A DNA stretch of 64,000 bases, from contig NC_042999.1 in assembly GCF_006345805.1 (NCBI RefSeq), forward strand, positions 98,022,001 through 98,086,000, read 5' to 3'. The notes beneath the pieces are model-generated. The model made no database searches. It worked only from the letters and a program-made list of their open reading frames with translations, and was not told where the DNA came from. The first letter of the stretch is position 1. Every line of letters starts with the position of its first letter. Both the position numbers and the translations under genes were made by a program. Positions 26,691 through 40,619 of this stretch are shown here, piece by piece. Source of the DNA: Octopus sinensis (Eukaryota).

Positions 26691-26691
<1 letters not shown>
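26474..26691. repeat. Element with near-perfect hairpin (~78-bp arms, 7-nt loop) between (TA)n tracts
   Basis: 26529-26607 is reverse-complementary to 26615-26691. Confidence 0.85.
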
Positions 26692-26787
<96 letters not shown>

Positions 26788-26817
26788 GCGAGAAAGAAGC
26801 AACAAGAATGGATAGGT

Positions 26818-26908
26818 TTTTAGTACAATCGTTTCATACAAGGACAGGCTTTATTAAAAGTTGCAAGAATTGCAGCATATAAACGTGTCCCGTACTCATC
26901 AGCTAAAA
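26818..26908 (-). ncRNA. Type I hammerhead ribozyme with minimal near-palindromic stem III
   Basis: UUUUAG-CUGAUGA-GUACGGGACA...UGUCCUUGUAU-GAAA-CGAUUG-UA-CUAAAA: stem I 6 bp, long stem II, GUA cleavage triplet. Confidence 0.75.
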
Positions 26909-27189
26909 TACATGTGAGTTCTCTAGACATCTTAGTGGTTGAGGCTATACTCATGAAGTAATGTAGATAATTAAGTAACATAAACAGATTTCCAAAGTTC
27001 ATTAAAGTTCTTTAAAGATGATGTACAGTCTTATCACAGAATTTTAAAAAAGAATGACTAATAACATTAACATTAATAGTAATAATTGACTTGAATCTTT
27101 ATTGCTTTTTATATATATATATATATATACATACAAACATATGTATATATAATATATATATATATATATATACATATGTACATATATAA

Positions 27190-27227
<38 letters not shown>

Positions 27228-27549
27228 GCAATTTTATGTATAGTATACAATATGTTACTTTTATGTATAATATTTAATCTAATCTATTTCACATTTACGA
27301 GTACATTATGAAGACTGATTATGTGAAATCGTATGCTGAAATAAATGTCGCTTTATCTAGCGAGAGTACTTTAGCTACTAAGGAATACACGCAGAGCTTT
27401 CATCGGGTATCTTTTTAATAGTCAGCTCGTTAACTAGTTAATCAATTAAATAAGCAATTGATTCATTAATTGTTCGAGCAATCAATCAATCTGTCACGCC
27501 GGTTTCAAAACTCTGTGTTTGGAAACATTGCAACAGATATAGATTAGTG

Positions 27550-28607
27550 AGGGCATGTCATTGACCGGGTACGACGCGGACGACAAGGATAGGTCGCTGA
27601 AAAACCAGTTAATCGATAATTTGATCGAACGATTAATGAAGCAATCAATTAGCTAATTGGTTAATGGTTAACTAGATTAGGAAAAGTAAAGAAAAAAAAA
27701 GGAATAAAATAGAACAATTATGTTTTTTTTATTGGTAAAATCATCCCTACAAAATACAACCACAAATGTAATATATATTGCAAGTACGTTATATTTAACA
27801 TATGCGGGCGTAGTTGTGTTGCAAGAAGTTTGTTTCTCAATCACATGTTTCCGGGTTCAGTCCTATTGTTTGGCGCATTGGGTAAGTGTCTTCTACCCGT
27901 AGCCTTGCGCCTGTACCTCTCACGGTGCAAATCACGTTAGATCTCGTTAAGCACTTGCCTTCTTGTATATCTCTCTTGGGATATTAATGACTTGGAGGGA
28001 CGGCGTATTTCGTTTTGCAACCATAATATACTATAAAATATAGTAAACATTTTTATAAGTCAATACTGTGTGCTACTGTGTTAGCAGTGCTATTACATCA
28101 CTTATTAAGATTATTTCTATAGAAAATCTGTAGAGATAGCCTTAACAAATCCTTTGAGATGGTGCTACATGCATGTGTTTAAGACATAGGACATATTTCA
28201 CTGTTTGACTTCGCAGAGTGGGCAAGTAGAGTAATGAAATACCTCCTCCCCACCCATTTCAGATTAGAGGACAAGAGGTCACGCACAGATGTGAGGATGG
28301 AGCTGATTCTAAGGGGAACCATATGCCATGTCATTCTCCTATATTGTTCATTGCTTCCTTTGGACTACCTTCTGGATTATCTTGGCATTGTCTTCTCTCC
28401 ATAACAATGTTCCTCTTTGGCATCCCTTTCATCTTTCAGGGTATGTCATTGACGGGGCAGCACGCGGATGACAACGATAAGTCGCTGAAAAACCAGTTAA
28501 TCGACAATTTGATCGAACGATTAATGAAGTAGTCAATCAGTTAATTGGTTAATGGTTAATTAGATTATGAAAATTGAAGAAAAAGAGGAATGAAATAGAA
28601 CAGTTAT
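27550..28607 (+). repeat. Two direct copies of a ~170-bp unclassified repeat (27550-27720 and 28438-28607)
   Basis: ATGTCATTGAC...GTCGCTGAAAAACCAGTTAATCGA...GGTTAATGGTTAA present in both. Confidence 0.8.
27803..27910 (+). mobile_element. SINE head fragment
   Basis: Similar to the head of the 22145-22495 family (GGGTTCAGTCC, AAGTGTCTTCTAC). Confidence 0.6.
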
Positions 28608-28609
28608 CC

Positions 28610-30660
28610 AATGAGTCTAGTCCCTGCCTATTTGTCTCTATGTGTCTCATTATTTCTTTTAACTTGAGCCTCGGTTTTGCTGCATCCACCGCCTCTTGAA
28701 TGTTCCATTTTCTGACAGCTCACAGCTTCGATTGGAGTGACCATACAACTTTATCTTCGGAATACCAAAGCATACACAAGGGCTTTGCTTTTCTAGCCTT
28801 GTTCCCTTCCACAATGTACTTTAGGGGAAGGTTAGGCTTTGCTTGGCGACAGTAATGAGCAACATCAGTGAGGTCCGGTTGGATCTGGTGTATTTGATAA
28901 TCTTGTCATTTTCTGGTGCATTTCATAGCCTTGGTTTCAATTATTCCCACTGTGCTAATGATCATATCCTATATAAGCAAGGACTAGCGGAGCTTTGGTG
29001 AATTACAATCTCTGGACTTTATATTTGCCATAGAGGCCACATAAGTTTATTGCTTGCAAGCTGTACTTTGACATTTGATGGCTTAGTTTTCATTTTTTGT
29101 GTCATTAAAAGTTGTTATGTCATCTTCCAAAGTTCTTGACTAATTCTTCTACTACTGTTAGAATGGATTAGTTGGCTACGGTGAACGAGACTTTATCCGC
29201 TACTTTCTCTTTCTGCTGTGAGAGGGTCTGTGACATCTTTGGTTAGACGCTTATTCTAGATGAAGGGACTACATCATCTAATTGCTTCAGTATCCCGTAT
29301 ATCTCGTCTTCCGTTGTGGACGGAACTGTAGTGTTATCTATAAAGGCTTTTAGAGGGGGGTCATCAATACACATTTTTAAGATCTGCCGGACAATGCTTT
29401 CAATATGATTTCCATTGCCAACACACAATGTCGAAGGAATGACACAGCTTTCAGATTGACCCAGTCTGTTATAAAATGGAAAAACACATCGAAAAGCCAT
29501 GAAAATCTCTCTCTATATAAACGGCAGTTTGTCTGTGCGTGTTTCTGTGTGTCTGTTTGCTTGTTCCTCACCCTGACCACGGCTTTCAACCGATTCTGAT
29601 GAAACTTGACACACACATAGCCCAATGTCATAATTCAAAACTAACGCAGCGAAAATTTTGAAAAGTTCCCCCAGTTCTGAAAAAAATCGATAAATTCGAC
29701 ATGGGGTCGAGAATCGGAAACACGAACCACAAACTGTCTAGGGGACGCAACTCCACCTTTTTTAAATCTCAAAAAAAAATTTACCATCATTTTTTTCCAT
29801 TTTTTTGCTATTTTTTGGCTATAACTCTCTAAAAATGCTTTATAGTTATTTCCCTTACAAACCTGAGCAACGCCGGGCGATACTGCTAGTATTATATGAA
29901 AATATGTTGGGTGTTCTTTGGAATGTGATATATCTCAAAAGCCAGCTGAATCATCTTGTGCGGGACTGATCCGTAGGAATTTGCTAGATCGGGCCCTCGA
30001 GGTCCCTCTCTACTTTAGCTCTCTGTATTACTTGCCAAATCACCGAAGTGTGCTCTATACCTTCTTTCTGAAGTGACATATCTAAGTATGTATTAGCTGT
30101 GATGTATTTTATTAGCATTGTTACTATAACAGAGAACATTTTCGGTTCAACATTTACAAGTGATATTGGTCTGAACTGATTGATGTTATACGAATTCTGT
30201 TCTTTGGGAATATATACTTCGTCAGATATCATCCACTGGTTGTTGATCTTCAGGTCCTTCCATGCTGAAGTTTTTGGAATCACAGACGAACATTGGAACA
30301 CTTTTTGATGGAGCTGATAGGGAATTCCATTTGACTCTGGCATTTTAAACTACTTTCTATTTTCCCCCCAGTGTTGCTGGCTTGCTATTGAACATTTCCT
30401 CTGGTATTTCTGGGCACATCAGGACCTTGATCTCAAATGGTGCCTTCCAAAGAGATGCTTGAGATGCTGTTCATGAGTTTTTTCATCTACTGTACCACAG
30501 ATTGGCTGCTCGAATAATTTGTTGGCAAACTGAAAAGTGTCTCTATAGAAGTGATCGTGGCTCTTCTCTTTACTCATCCACCACGCTGATTCTACTTTCC
30601 AGAACTTTTCCAGCCGTTGAATCGCAAAATATAGCCAAATAGTTATTCCTTTAGATACGG
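28610..30660 (-). mobile_element. Hero/NeSL-like (R2-group) non-LTR retrotransposon remnant
   Basis: NGIPY, YIPKE, QFRPISLVNVE, LAN.YGSVPH and PPLKAFIDN (RT core), ETNRQGL; split by a Helitron. Confidence 0.75.
29506..29889 (+). mobile_element. Non-autonomous Helitron
   Basis: A|TC 5' end, subterminal hairpin CCTGAGCAACGCCGGG, CTAG|T 3' end, no TSD; same 3' end as 48581-50240. Confidence 0.85.
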
Positions 30661-30756
30661 TCAAAGTAAAGAATCTTTGATGAGTCCACCAAACCGTGAC
30701 GTCCTGATTGCCCGAAATACATTTAGAATTTAGTTGGTACGCTCACCAATCCGTGA

Positions 30757-31160
30757 CAACTGTATGTAACTGTGAATAGACCTAAGAATAGTAGACAATT
30801 AAAGTTACGAGTTTATAATACAGAAAGTATCCTAAGATATTTTATATAAATGCTGTTCTTAAGATTTTCTTTTTATTAACTAGATGTCTCGAGGATGTAG
30901 AATGATGTTCATTCGCTGCATCCTGCAACACATCTATTTAGAGGATGACTGGGAGATGTTTGTTGTATGATATATGTTGTGAAGATTGCCTGCACCTTAT
31001 TTTAAAATTATGTCAATGTCTATAAGATACCGTAAAACCTCGATATTGCTATAAACTAACATTTCTAATGCATTGCACATAGTTGAATACAGCGTTCTAA
31101 AATGCCGAACTTCCCAAGTACGTTGTTTCAAGCTATCGAACTAGGTAACTTCATATACAT
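30757..31160 (+). repeat. ~400-bp unclassified repeat, inverted copy of 41161-41564
   Basis: Colinear reverse-complement similarity along the whole length. Confidence 0.85.
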
Positions 31161-31759
31161 ATGTATACATATACATACATATATATACATATTATTATAT
31201 ACACACACATATATATACATACATATACACATATATGCATGCATATATATATAAATACATACATATAAATACATACACATATATATATATACATACACAT
31301 ATATACATACACACACACACACATATATATCATGGATTCGGAGGTTTCGGCAGATGATTTGTTTAAATAAGTTTACTCCCTCCATCAAATCGACATTACC
31401 TGTACAGGTGCACCGTGTGCCACACCTCAGATGACGTAATATAGTGACGTACAGCATGTCTTGTACCTTTTTTTTAGATGTAGTAAAAGTACATGTTAGC
31501 ATTATTAAGATATTTCAATCCCGAACAACTTATGATACACTGTAAGCCTCAAGTGGGGCCTACAAAGGATTTCGTTCCATATCCAGGGCGGAACTGCAGT
31601 AGTAGACTGACATCAAAGATCATACCCAGAGAGAGTTTCCGGGTTGTCTCGCACCCCAAAATTAATGGACTAATTCCAGTCACTGATCTTGGTCAGCACC
31701 TTCAGTAAGTTCAAAATAGTTAAGTTACATACATAGTAGAATTATAGAAGCAATAGGAA

Positions 31760-32700
31760 AAGCACTATTACTTTTTATACCTAAGTAGAATATAAAGCCC
31801 AAAAGATTGTCTGTAGACAACCTTGCAATGCGATAAAAATCAGTAAGCACATTTAATCAAATCAATATTACAGATCAAGCATTTAATCAACAACAATCTG
31901 TATTTTCGTGAAATAAAGGATGGCTTGAAACTTTTAAAAATTAAAGCTTTCTGCATAATATCAACTTATACAGTGGAAATGGATCAGATGATGAACTAAT
32001 TGCCGAAAAAAAAAACTGTTTTACAATTCGCTTAAATAATTAAAAATATGCTCCTACTCTTTAAAACAAGTTCCTAATCTTTATTACAAGTATGTAATAA
32101 AGGCGGCAGTGAACGAGTGAAGGGATGAAACTAATCTGTTCTTGAAGAAATTGCTAAAGAGAATTTTTATAGCAAGAACAGAACAACCGGTTAAAGGATT
32201 CAAAAAGTCTGATTATATTACTATTATGTTGTAATGCATCCGGTAGCTGTTTCATGAAGACATTATTGAATAGTAGAGCTCTTAATCCACTTGTAATGAA
32301 AAGATTGAATTTAAATACCCTCCCCAGTTCATTGAAATGCAAATAAAAATATCAATGAATGACTACTGCAATATTTGAAAACTCATTTTACCAAAACTTT
32401 GTTGAAATTTATAAAAAAGAAAATAATTGACTTAAAATTGATAACGTTCCATAATATTCCTTTGTTTTAGAACGCCTTCATGTTAAAGTTCTTTTCTTGT
32501 CACCCAGTGTCATACCATTAGATCAAGGCATAATTAGTAATTTTAAAACTAATTATGTTATGCATTCATACAAAAAATACTGCATGAAATGGCAGAAAAC
32601 CAGCTTACTCTTCCAGAAATGAAATATTCTGTGTAGTGTGAAGATAACTGACACATATTTGGATATACCACATGAAATGTTTTTCGATGTGAATCGTTTT
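31760..32700 (+). pseudogene. pogo/Tigger transposase remnant
   Basis: NKGWLETFK (CENP-B-type HTH) and PLDQGIISNFKTNY (DDE_1). Confidence 0.75.
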
Positions 32701-33000
32701 CGAGTTATGATAATAAATGGTAAAAAAGTAGCTAGGGGTAAATTTATTTTCTATTACTTGTCTAGTTCTTGTATTCATTTGGATTTACCATCCTCCATGT
32801 GATGTTTTTTGCTTCTAAGGATTGCTTCGAAGGATTGTTTCTGTGTCCCTTCTTTAATACGGTGACTTTGAAGTAGTAGGGCTCCTTTTTTATACGGAAT
32901 AAAATTAAGGTATGATAAAACTGATGGTAAGTAACAATTGGGGAAAGTTTCCACAGGTACGCGAAGTACAATTACCTTTACTAAGAGAGGGAGAGAGAGA

Positions 33001-33075
<75 letters not shown>

Positions 33076-33088
33076 CAAGAAGAGAGAG

Positions 33089-36000
33089 TGTTGTAACGTA
33101 ATTTGTTACGTACTATAAATAAGATAACCAGACAACAGTAAAAGCAATGTAATGAACTAACAAATCTCTTTACGAACAAACATTCAATATTTCTTGTGAA
33201 CTAACCAACCGACATCTTCCGTATCCACTGCGAACTAACACGAACTTCACTCGACTCTGAACATTGAACTCACCTGGATCATTACTATTTATACTTTATT
33301 GGACCAGTCTATCTCTCGCAAGGGGGCGTCATAATACTCATCACAACATCTTTCTTTTTGAGATTTCGACTACTGTGAGAAAGTGGAATTGCTTTTATTT
33401 GTTTCTCTTTCCAACACCTCACCCTCATTTTTTCTTTTCAGCTGCTCTACCTTAATTGTTACTCGATTTTAAAGGTAGTATTGTTCGTTGCACACAGCAC
33501 TTTTTCTTTTCGTTGTACTAAGTACTCTTGTTAGCACCTTAGGTTTTTTAGCTTTTGAAAATTTAATATCTTTTTCGTTTAGGTATTACTTCTAGATATT
33601 CAGTTAGTTTTCGTTTTCTGAAGCTAGTTCTACTGGGTTCAATATCTCTCGTTGCTGACACTTCAAATATATCATAGAAGATCTCCATTGGTATAACCTT
33701 TCGTTCTTCTGTATGTTTCATCTTTAACTAGTAAAGGTTTATCTTATATTTCGAACGTTGTCCATTAATTAAATACATCATGTTACCTAATCTTTTGATC
33801 ACATAACCGTCCTCCAAACCTTCTTTACCATTTTTGTAATTTTAAAAATGAACTTTATCTCTTATTTCGAAATATTTTGTAATATTTCTTGTATTTCCTT
33901 CAAATATATTTTTTGTCTTTCTTTTATATGGAGTTTTTTTCCTGGCAATTTATCGAAGGTCGATTTTATTTTATGCGCGAACATTAACTCTGCTGGTGAC
34001 TTCCCTGAATTAGTATTTAGATTTGGCATTATATACTCTCAAAAATTTCGTTAGTGTCACGTCATTATCAAGCTCGTTCTTAGTTTTTTTAGAGCTCTTT
34101 TGAACGTGTTGACAAATCTTTCCACTTGCCCATTTGACCTGGGGGTAAAGATGTGCTTTATGGCATGTATTTTGCAGAAATTTCTTCATTCATATCCTGT
34201 GATTTGTGTTCCGTTATCTGAAACTAACGTGGCAGGAATCGAGTAGGAATTTTATTGTTGTCTTTGCTGTGGATTTATTACATCTGCATACCTCTGGCCA
34301 CTTTGTATAGCTATTCACAACAATTTGATAGTATGCACTGTTCACTAGCCCAGCGTAGTCGATATGAATCCTGGACCATGGGCTCTCATTCTCCTGTCAC
34401 GATTGGTATTTTACTGGTGTTGGTTTGGTTGCCAACGCGCAACCTCTACATGCTTTCACCAATTTCTCGATGTCCCTGTCCATAGTCGGCCAATATACAA
34501 AGCTCCCCATTAAAAAGTTTCATTCTGGACATACCCGGGTACCCACAGTGGAATTGTTGCAATACTTGTTTTTGTAGTGCACTTAGTACTACTACTCTCT
34601 GCACGTACATTAAGACATCGTCGCATGGTGAGAAATTATTTGAACTTGCATTTTTACTATGTCAATTTTTCAATGTTTCTTTCATTCTTGTAATGTAACT
34701 ATCCTCTACAGATTTCATTTTTATATCATGCACTGTCACCGGCACTTCCTGGATTATATTACACACAATACTTCCTAGTTAATTTTCTGACTGTAATGAC
34801 ACTATCACGGGCTCTTCCAGCAGTTCTACACTTTTGGGAGTTAGACTTAATAAGCAGTGTGACTAATTTTCTGCATCTTAAAATTGTAGTTCAGCAATAT
34901 TGTACCCCAGCGTTGCAGACGATTCGCTGTATGTATATACAATCCCTTCTTTGATCCAAAAATCGATAGTAATGGTCGAAGGTTGGTTTGTAACAAAAAA
35001 ACAAAAAACAAAAATAAAACTAAAAAACTTCTATCATGTAGAAATTTGTGAAATTTTTTTACCGCAAAAATAATCGATAGAGCCTCCTTCTCTATATGAC
35101 TATACTTTGTTCCACTGCTATCACTGAAGTATGCACTACTGGCTTCATATTTCCATCTTAATACTTGTGTAGCAAGACTGCTCCTGTTCCATACTCCGAA
35201 GCATCAGACGCTACAACAATGTCCATTCTAGGATCGAAATGCGCTGATGACAAGTCAGAAGTTAGTATTTTCTTTATGTCTTCAAATGCGTTTTGGCACT
35301 TTACTGACCAATTCCATTTTACATCTTTTTTTAGTAACTAGTTTAATGGTGTTCTCAATTTATGTATGTTTGGAATGTACTGTTGCTAGTAATTTACTAG
35401 GGCAAGGAAAGCTTGCAATGCCGGTATATTCGTTGGAGGAGGCATATTCTTGGTTGTATCTGCCGTCAACAGGTCAGGACGTCTTCCAATTTTAGCTATG
35501 ATTTGACCTAAGTATTTGATTTTAGACAAAAATATCCACACTTCTCTTCATTGAGTGTGAAACCATAATCCTCAATGTTTTTAAAGACACACTTCACGTG
35601 TTCCATATGCTCATTCTGCGATTTGCTTTTGGTTAACATGTCATCAAAATAAAGAATAGTAAATTGACAATCGGCCAATATAGCGTCCTTCACATATTGA
35701 AATATTGCAGGTACTATCTTCAGGCCAAAAAGTAGTCTATCGTATTTGCGTAGACCTCTGTGCATGTTGACCGTTTTTAAAATCTATTTTGATCTGTAGT
35801 TATGCGCTCAACAGATCGAGTTTTGAAAATACTTTTTCTCCGTTTAGTTTTGTAAAAATATCTTCTGGTGTCGGTAGTGGATAATGGTTCATTTTTAAAC
35901 AGTCATTTAAACCGGTCGAAAAATCGGTACACAACCTAATTTTTTTCTTTTTTTATACATACAGTCGGAGCTGCCCATTTCGCATAATCTACTTTTTCAA

Positions 36001-37649
36001 TGATTCCGTTTTTTTCCAATTTGTCCAACTCATCGTCCACTTGTTTTATTGCCGCAAAACGTACTTTCCTATTAGGCTTGAACATAGGTGTAACGTTATC
36101 ATCTAATTCAAAATACGCTTCAGTCTTTGTGCACAGACCTAGTTTGTCCGAGAATACTTGCGGAAACATTAAAAAAAATTTTCTCTTTAACTCTTCTGAC
36201 GAATTATTTTTAGAGGGACAACTATTTGTGTTTTTACAATATAAGTTTATGGGGAGGTCCTATAAATCGAATAATTCTAACCAATTGGTACCAAACTGAT
36301 CGGTTGCATTTTTAATGACGAAAACTTTCGCTTTGCATGTTTTCCTTCGAAATATGACGTTAGTCCACATTTCGCCTATGAAATGTAATTTGTCGCCCGT
36401 CACGCTACGAGCAGATTTCTCAACATAGGTTTCCCTATTTTCTTCCATGTGTCCATATTTATTATTGACATATCACTTCCTGTGTCCAATTGAAGATTAA
36501 TATGTATTCCATTTATTTTTACATGTACGAATTTTCTTATTTGGGAGTCCATTTTTGTTTTTGCTGAGCGTATTCTAGGATTTTTAACGTTTGACTTTCG
36601 CAATTTTGTTCTGCAGTGTGAACTCCTGTGACCAATTCTTTTGCAACTGTAACATTTTTGATCTTTATACGGGCAGCCTTTTCTCAAATGTCCCCCATCC
36701 ATAGCATGGATTAGGACGTGGCGCTCTTTTTTTGTTGTACATTTCTGGTCGGCATATCTATATTTTTGAGGAATCCTCTTCTTGAATTTTTCTACATCGT
36801 GTTTCAGGTTTAACATCCTTTGGCATTTTTCTGCCACGGACTTTAAGGTTAGAACTTGGTTCGCTTGTTCCAGTTTAGAAAGAATTTTTGCCGAATTTCT
36901 GTATCTTCGCTTGCTGTAAGGCCTTGTACGAAAATAAGACACTTGAACATCTCAGGTGTAAGTTCTTTAGTTTAAAACTCACATCCTGTTGACTATTCCT
37001 ACGTATGTGATAAAATCATCATCCATTTTCGTTATAGTCCAACATTCCATTCGAGTGTTAAATAGAGAAGTTTTATCACCGAATATGTTAGACAGTAATA
37101 TTATCATTTCTTTAAAACAAATTTGATTAGGTTTTTTGGGGGATACTATGAAATTAAAGTAAAGTTCATGCTCTAACGGAGCTAATTTTCGCAATAACAA
37201 TCTCACTTTTTGTTCTTTCGACCATGATTTGCAGGCGTGCTTAAAAATCTCCTCGTACCTTCTGTAGTACGCTGCAAAAGTTATACCCTCCTCTGGGTTA
37301 TAACTGAATTCATTAATCGAGTTCGAAACATCGTCTGGCGAAATCGAGCTTACCTCATTTTTGGACTACTTTGAATATAGTTCGAATAATTGTTGTTGTA
37401 GGTGTTGCTGTAATAGTTGCTTCTGCAACTCCTGTTGCTGCTCTTGTTGTTACTTTTGTAACTGTACTATGGAAGCTAATAGGTCTTCCATTATTTAACA
37501 AGTTGTATCCCGAACAAAATGTTAAATAACCTACGTGAGCTTCGAAACCCTCGTCGCCAAATGTTGTAACGTAATTTGTTACGTACAATAAATAAGATAA
37601 CCAGACAACAGTTAAAAGAATGCAACATACTGACACATCTCTTTACGAA
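33089..37649 (-). mobile_element. Ty3/Gypsy LTR retrotransposon, near full length, decayed
   Basis: 3' LTR 33089-33348 (TG..CA); partial 5' LTR 37562-37649; PBS TGGCGACGAG at 37550-37559; gag CCHC (CYSCKRIGHRSSHC), LQLDTGS, WAAP, YFDD, RNase H DAS, integrase SDNG. Confidence 0.92.
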
Positions 37650-37650
37650 C

Positions 37651-37765
37651 CTGTTGATGTGAAATGGTACACCTCTTCCCACGTGACAAGTGATCCAACC
37701 ACTATAAATTCAGGCATCAGCCGTTGTAGGAGATCATTAGTAGTAGAGTCTTTTTCTGTTCGTTT
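37651..37765 (+). mobile_element. Partial LTR related to 12635-12838
   Basis: Starts TGTTG; ATGGTAC..CC.CC.ACGTGAC.AGTG...CTATAAAT shared with the first Gypsy LTR. Confidence 0.5.
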
Positions 37766-37779
37766 CATCAATTTTGATC

Positions 37780-38572
37780 CATGTGAGTCACATTGCTATA
37801 TATTTATTGAAGGTCTCTCGTAAGGGTGAACCTACTTGTTGAACATCATTGTTAAATTGTTGGAATGCTGTTCCTGTTTTTTTTGCCCGTGAAATTGTAA
37901 TAGTTTTCTTCCCCATTTATGGGTGAAATAGAGAAAAAGCAAAGGATGGAGTGCGGACCAGTTCCAGCCGGCAGCTATGCTTCAGCCACTGGAAGAAAGT
38001 TGATACCTGGCATGTTATAGGCACGCGAGATTAAAGATGGAGTAGAGGAAGCTGAAGAAATTCAACAGACTCATAGAGAAGAATGGAACAAGTTTGAGGT
38101 AGACACCGCCAGAAAATTTAAGAGCGAGTGTGATGGAGCGCACAGTGGTGTATAGAACGCTGTCCACGACAGAGGGAAAATTAGAAATAGCCGCCGTAGA
38201 GGCTATAGAGGAATGCTTAAAGGAGGTAAAAAACCTCACAACATTTTATACGAGAGGGAGGAAATACGGCACAGTGGAAGTAAGGTTTGCTAGTGAACAA
38301 GAAGCGATAAACCACTCCACTGTGGCGCTAAGGACACGAGAGTGGATACTTCTGCCGACTTACTGTGGCAAACAAGTGGCCAGGGTAAGGATTGACAGAG
38401 TACCCCCGGAGATTGAGGAGGCGTGGCTGGTGGCAGCCACCTTGTATAATATAGAGGAGGACGTGAAGGTGTTGAAAGTGACGAGGACGAAAGAGGTAGA
38501 CTAGTGGGGCTACGGCCTCGAAGTTGCCATCCAAGTTAGTTTACAAGACTTGCACAAGATAGCGAAGGAGGT
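37780..38572 (+). mobile_element. Tx1/L1-like LINE 5' region and ORF1 fragment
   Basis: SYASATG motif and ORF 38130-38504 (VEVRFAS, RVRIDRVPPEI) typical of RRM-like ORF1 of Tx1-type elements. Confidence 0.6.
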
Positions 38573-38879
38573 AATATAAGAGATATATAAAAGAATGGAT
38601 AATTGCAATTATTTGTCCCTCCGAAAAATTTATTGATAATATAAATATTTCAGCTTTAATCAGCTTTAAAAGTTTGTGTATTGGCCATTATACAGGCGGA
38701 AATAGATTTTCGTAGTTTCAACTTTCTTATTCTGTGTTTCAATATGAACATGTAATTTTATCTCATTTCACGGTCTATATATTCTGGGAGACGGTTAGAA
38801 ACATATAAAAGAATTCGATAAAAATCTATTATTTACTATAAAGATTAGTACAGTAACACTTCTATATATTAAAGAGTTT

Positions 38880-39078
38880 ATGGCAAAGAGCTGACAGAAT
38901 CGTTGTTAGCATGCCGGACAAAATTCTCAGTGGCATTTCTTCTGGCTTTACATTCTTAGTTCAAATACTGCCACGGTCGACATTGCTTTTCATCCTTTCG
39001 GAGTCGATAAAATAGGTACCAGCTGGGTACTGGAGTTGTTGTAATCGACTTACTCTTCCCCTGAAATTGCTGGCTTTA
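38880..39078 (+). mobile_element. tRNA-derived SINE
   Basis: Homologous to 1885-2098. Confidence 0.8.
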
Positions 39079-39604
39079 TGAGTCTTGTTCGTACTTTGCT
39101 TTAAGTATATTCTTTGCTTCTATCCCACAAATCTTGCATTACCCCTATTTTGTTCTTTTAGTTTGCAATGCTGCAGCAAAAAAAAGAAAGAAAAATGATG
39201 TTACCTTGTTACACAATGCCTTAAAATATCAAATTTACTCTGGATCCTCTGAAATAAAAAAAAAAATTAAAATTTTGAGAAAAGAGCATGAGTTCACTAT
39301 TCTTAGAAATCTTGGACTATTAGATTCCCACTTATGTATAAATTGTTAGACATTAATAAGTATTCTTAATCACCAAGTATTGAATCAAGTATTCTTAAAG
39401 AAGTAGCAGCAGAAAGTACTGAGGATTCATGTACTTCATCAGTCTCAAATTTATTCAACTATCAACATGTCTCCTTCAAAGGACCTTGACCTATCCCAAG
39501 TAAACACATACATCATGGGAAGTTACTTGGAGGAAAGTAAAAGAAAATAAAGAAAAACACTAAGAGTATTTTACGGCAAATAAAACGAATCAAATAATAA
39601 TGGT

Positions 39605-39805
39605 TTCAAATTTTGGTACAGGATCAGTAGTTTTTGTTAGGAGTAAAAATGATTACATCACACCCCCGCCCCCAGTGTTCGATCCCGAAAGGATGAAAAG
39701 TAAAGTCGACCTCGGCGGAATTTGAACATGGAATGTAAAGATGGACGAAATGCCGCTAAGCAATTTCATCTGATGTCCGAGCGCTTCTATTAGCTCGCTG
39801 CCTTA
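39605..39805 (-). mobile_element. tRNA-derived SINE
   Basis: Reverse-complement homology to 1885-2098. Confidence 0.8.
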
Positions 39806-40124
39806 ATTGAATATGTAATAATTAAATATCTGTTTTGTTGAATGAATAATGATTGAATATGTAAATATCTGTACACTGAATGATACAGTTTAATTAGTGA
39901 ATAATGTCAGTCACTTTAATAGGTAACACTTTTTCTAGTACAGATTTATATTGTTTACAACTGGTATAGTTTGTAGGCAATGAGAAAACATGGACCTTCA
40001 AACTTCTAAAGACAACAGAGAAAACGAAGAGACTTACAGAATCTGCGTCGATAAACAAGTTCAAATCACAGCCCAAAATAATTCTGAATCATTTAAGTCC
40101 TATCATTAATATTCTTTTATTATT

Positions 40125-40501
40125 TTATTTGTTTCAGTCATCTGATTGTGGCCATGCTGGAGCATCGCCTTTTTAGTCGAACAAATCGACCCCAGGACTT
40201 ATTCATTGTAAGCCTACTACTTATTCTATCGTTTTTTTTGCCGAACTGCTAAGTTGCGGGGACGTAAACACACCAACATGGGTTGTCAAGTGATGATGGG
40301 GGGACAAACATACACACACACACACACATATGCATATATATATATACGACGGGCTTCTTTCAGTTTCCGTCTACCAAATCCACTCACAAGGCTTTGGTCA
40401 ACCGAGGCTATATAGTAGAAGACACTTGCCCAAGGTGCCATGCAGTGGGACTGTACCCAGAACAATGTGGTTGATAAGCAAGTTACTTACCACACAGCCA
40501 C
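40125..40501 (-). mobile_element. tRNA-derived SINE, near full length, with internal (TG)n
   Basis: Head GTGGCTGTGTGGTAAG on the minus strand; body shared with 22145-22495. Confidence 0.85.
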
Positions 40502-40619
40502 ATTGTTTTGTATACTAATAGATAAATATGTCTATGGTTATGCCAAATAAATAATTTCAAAGCATCACCATTTCATGAAATGAATCTAATCGCATCCGTG
40601 GCTCTGGTAGGTTTTATGA

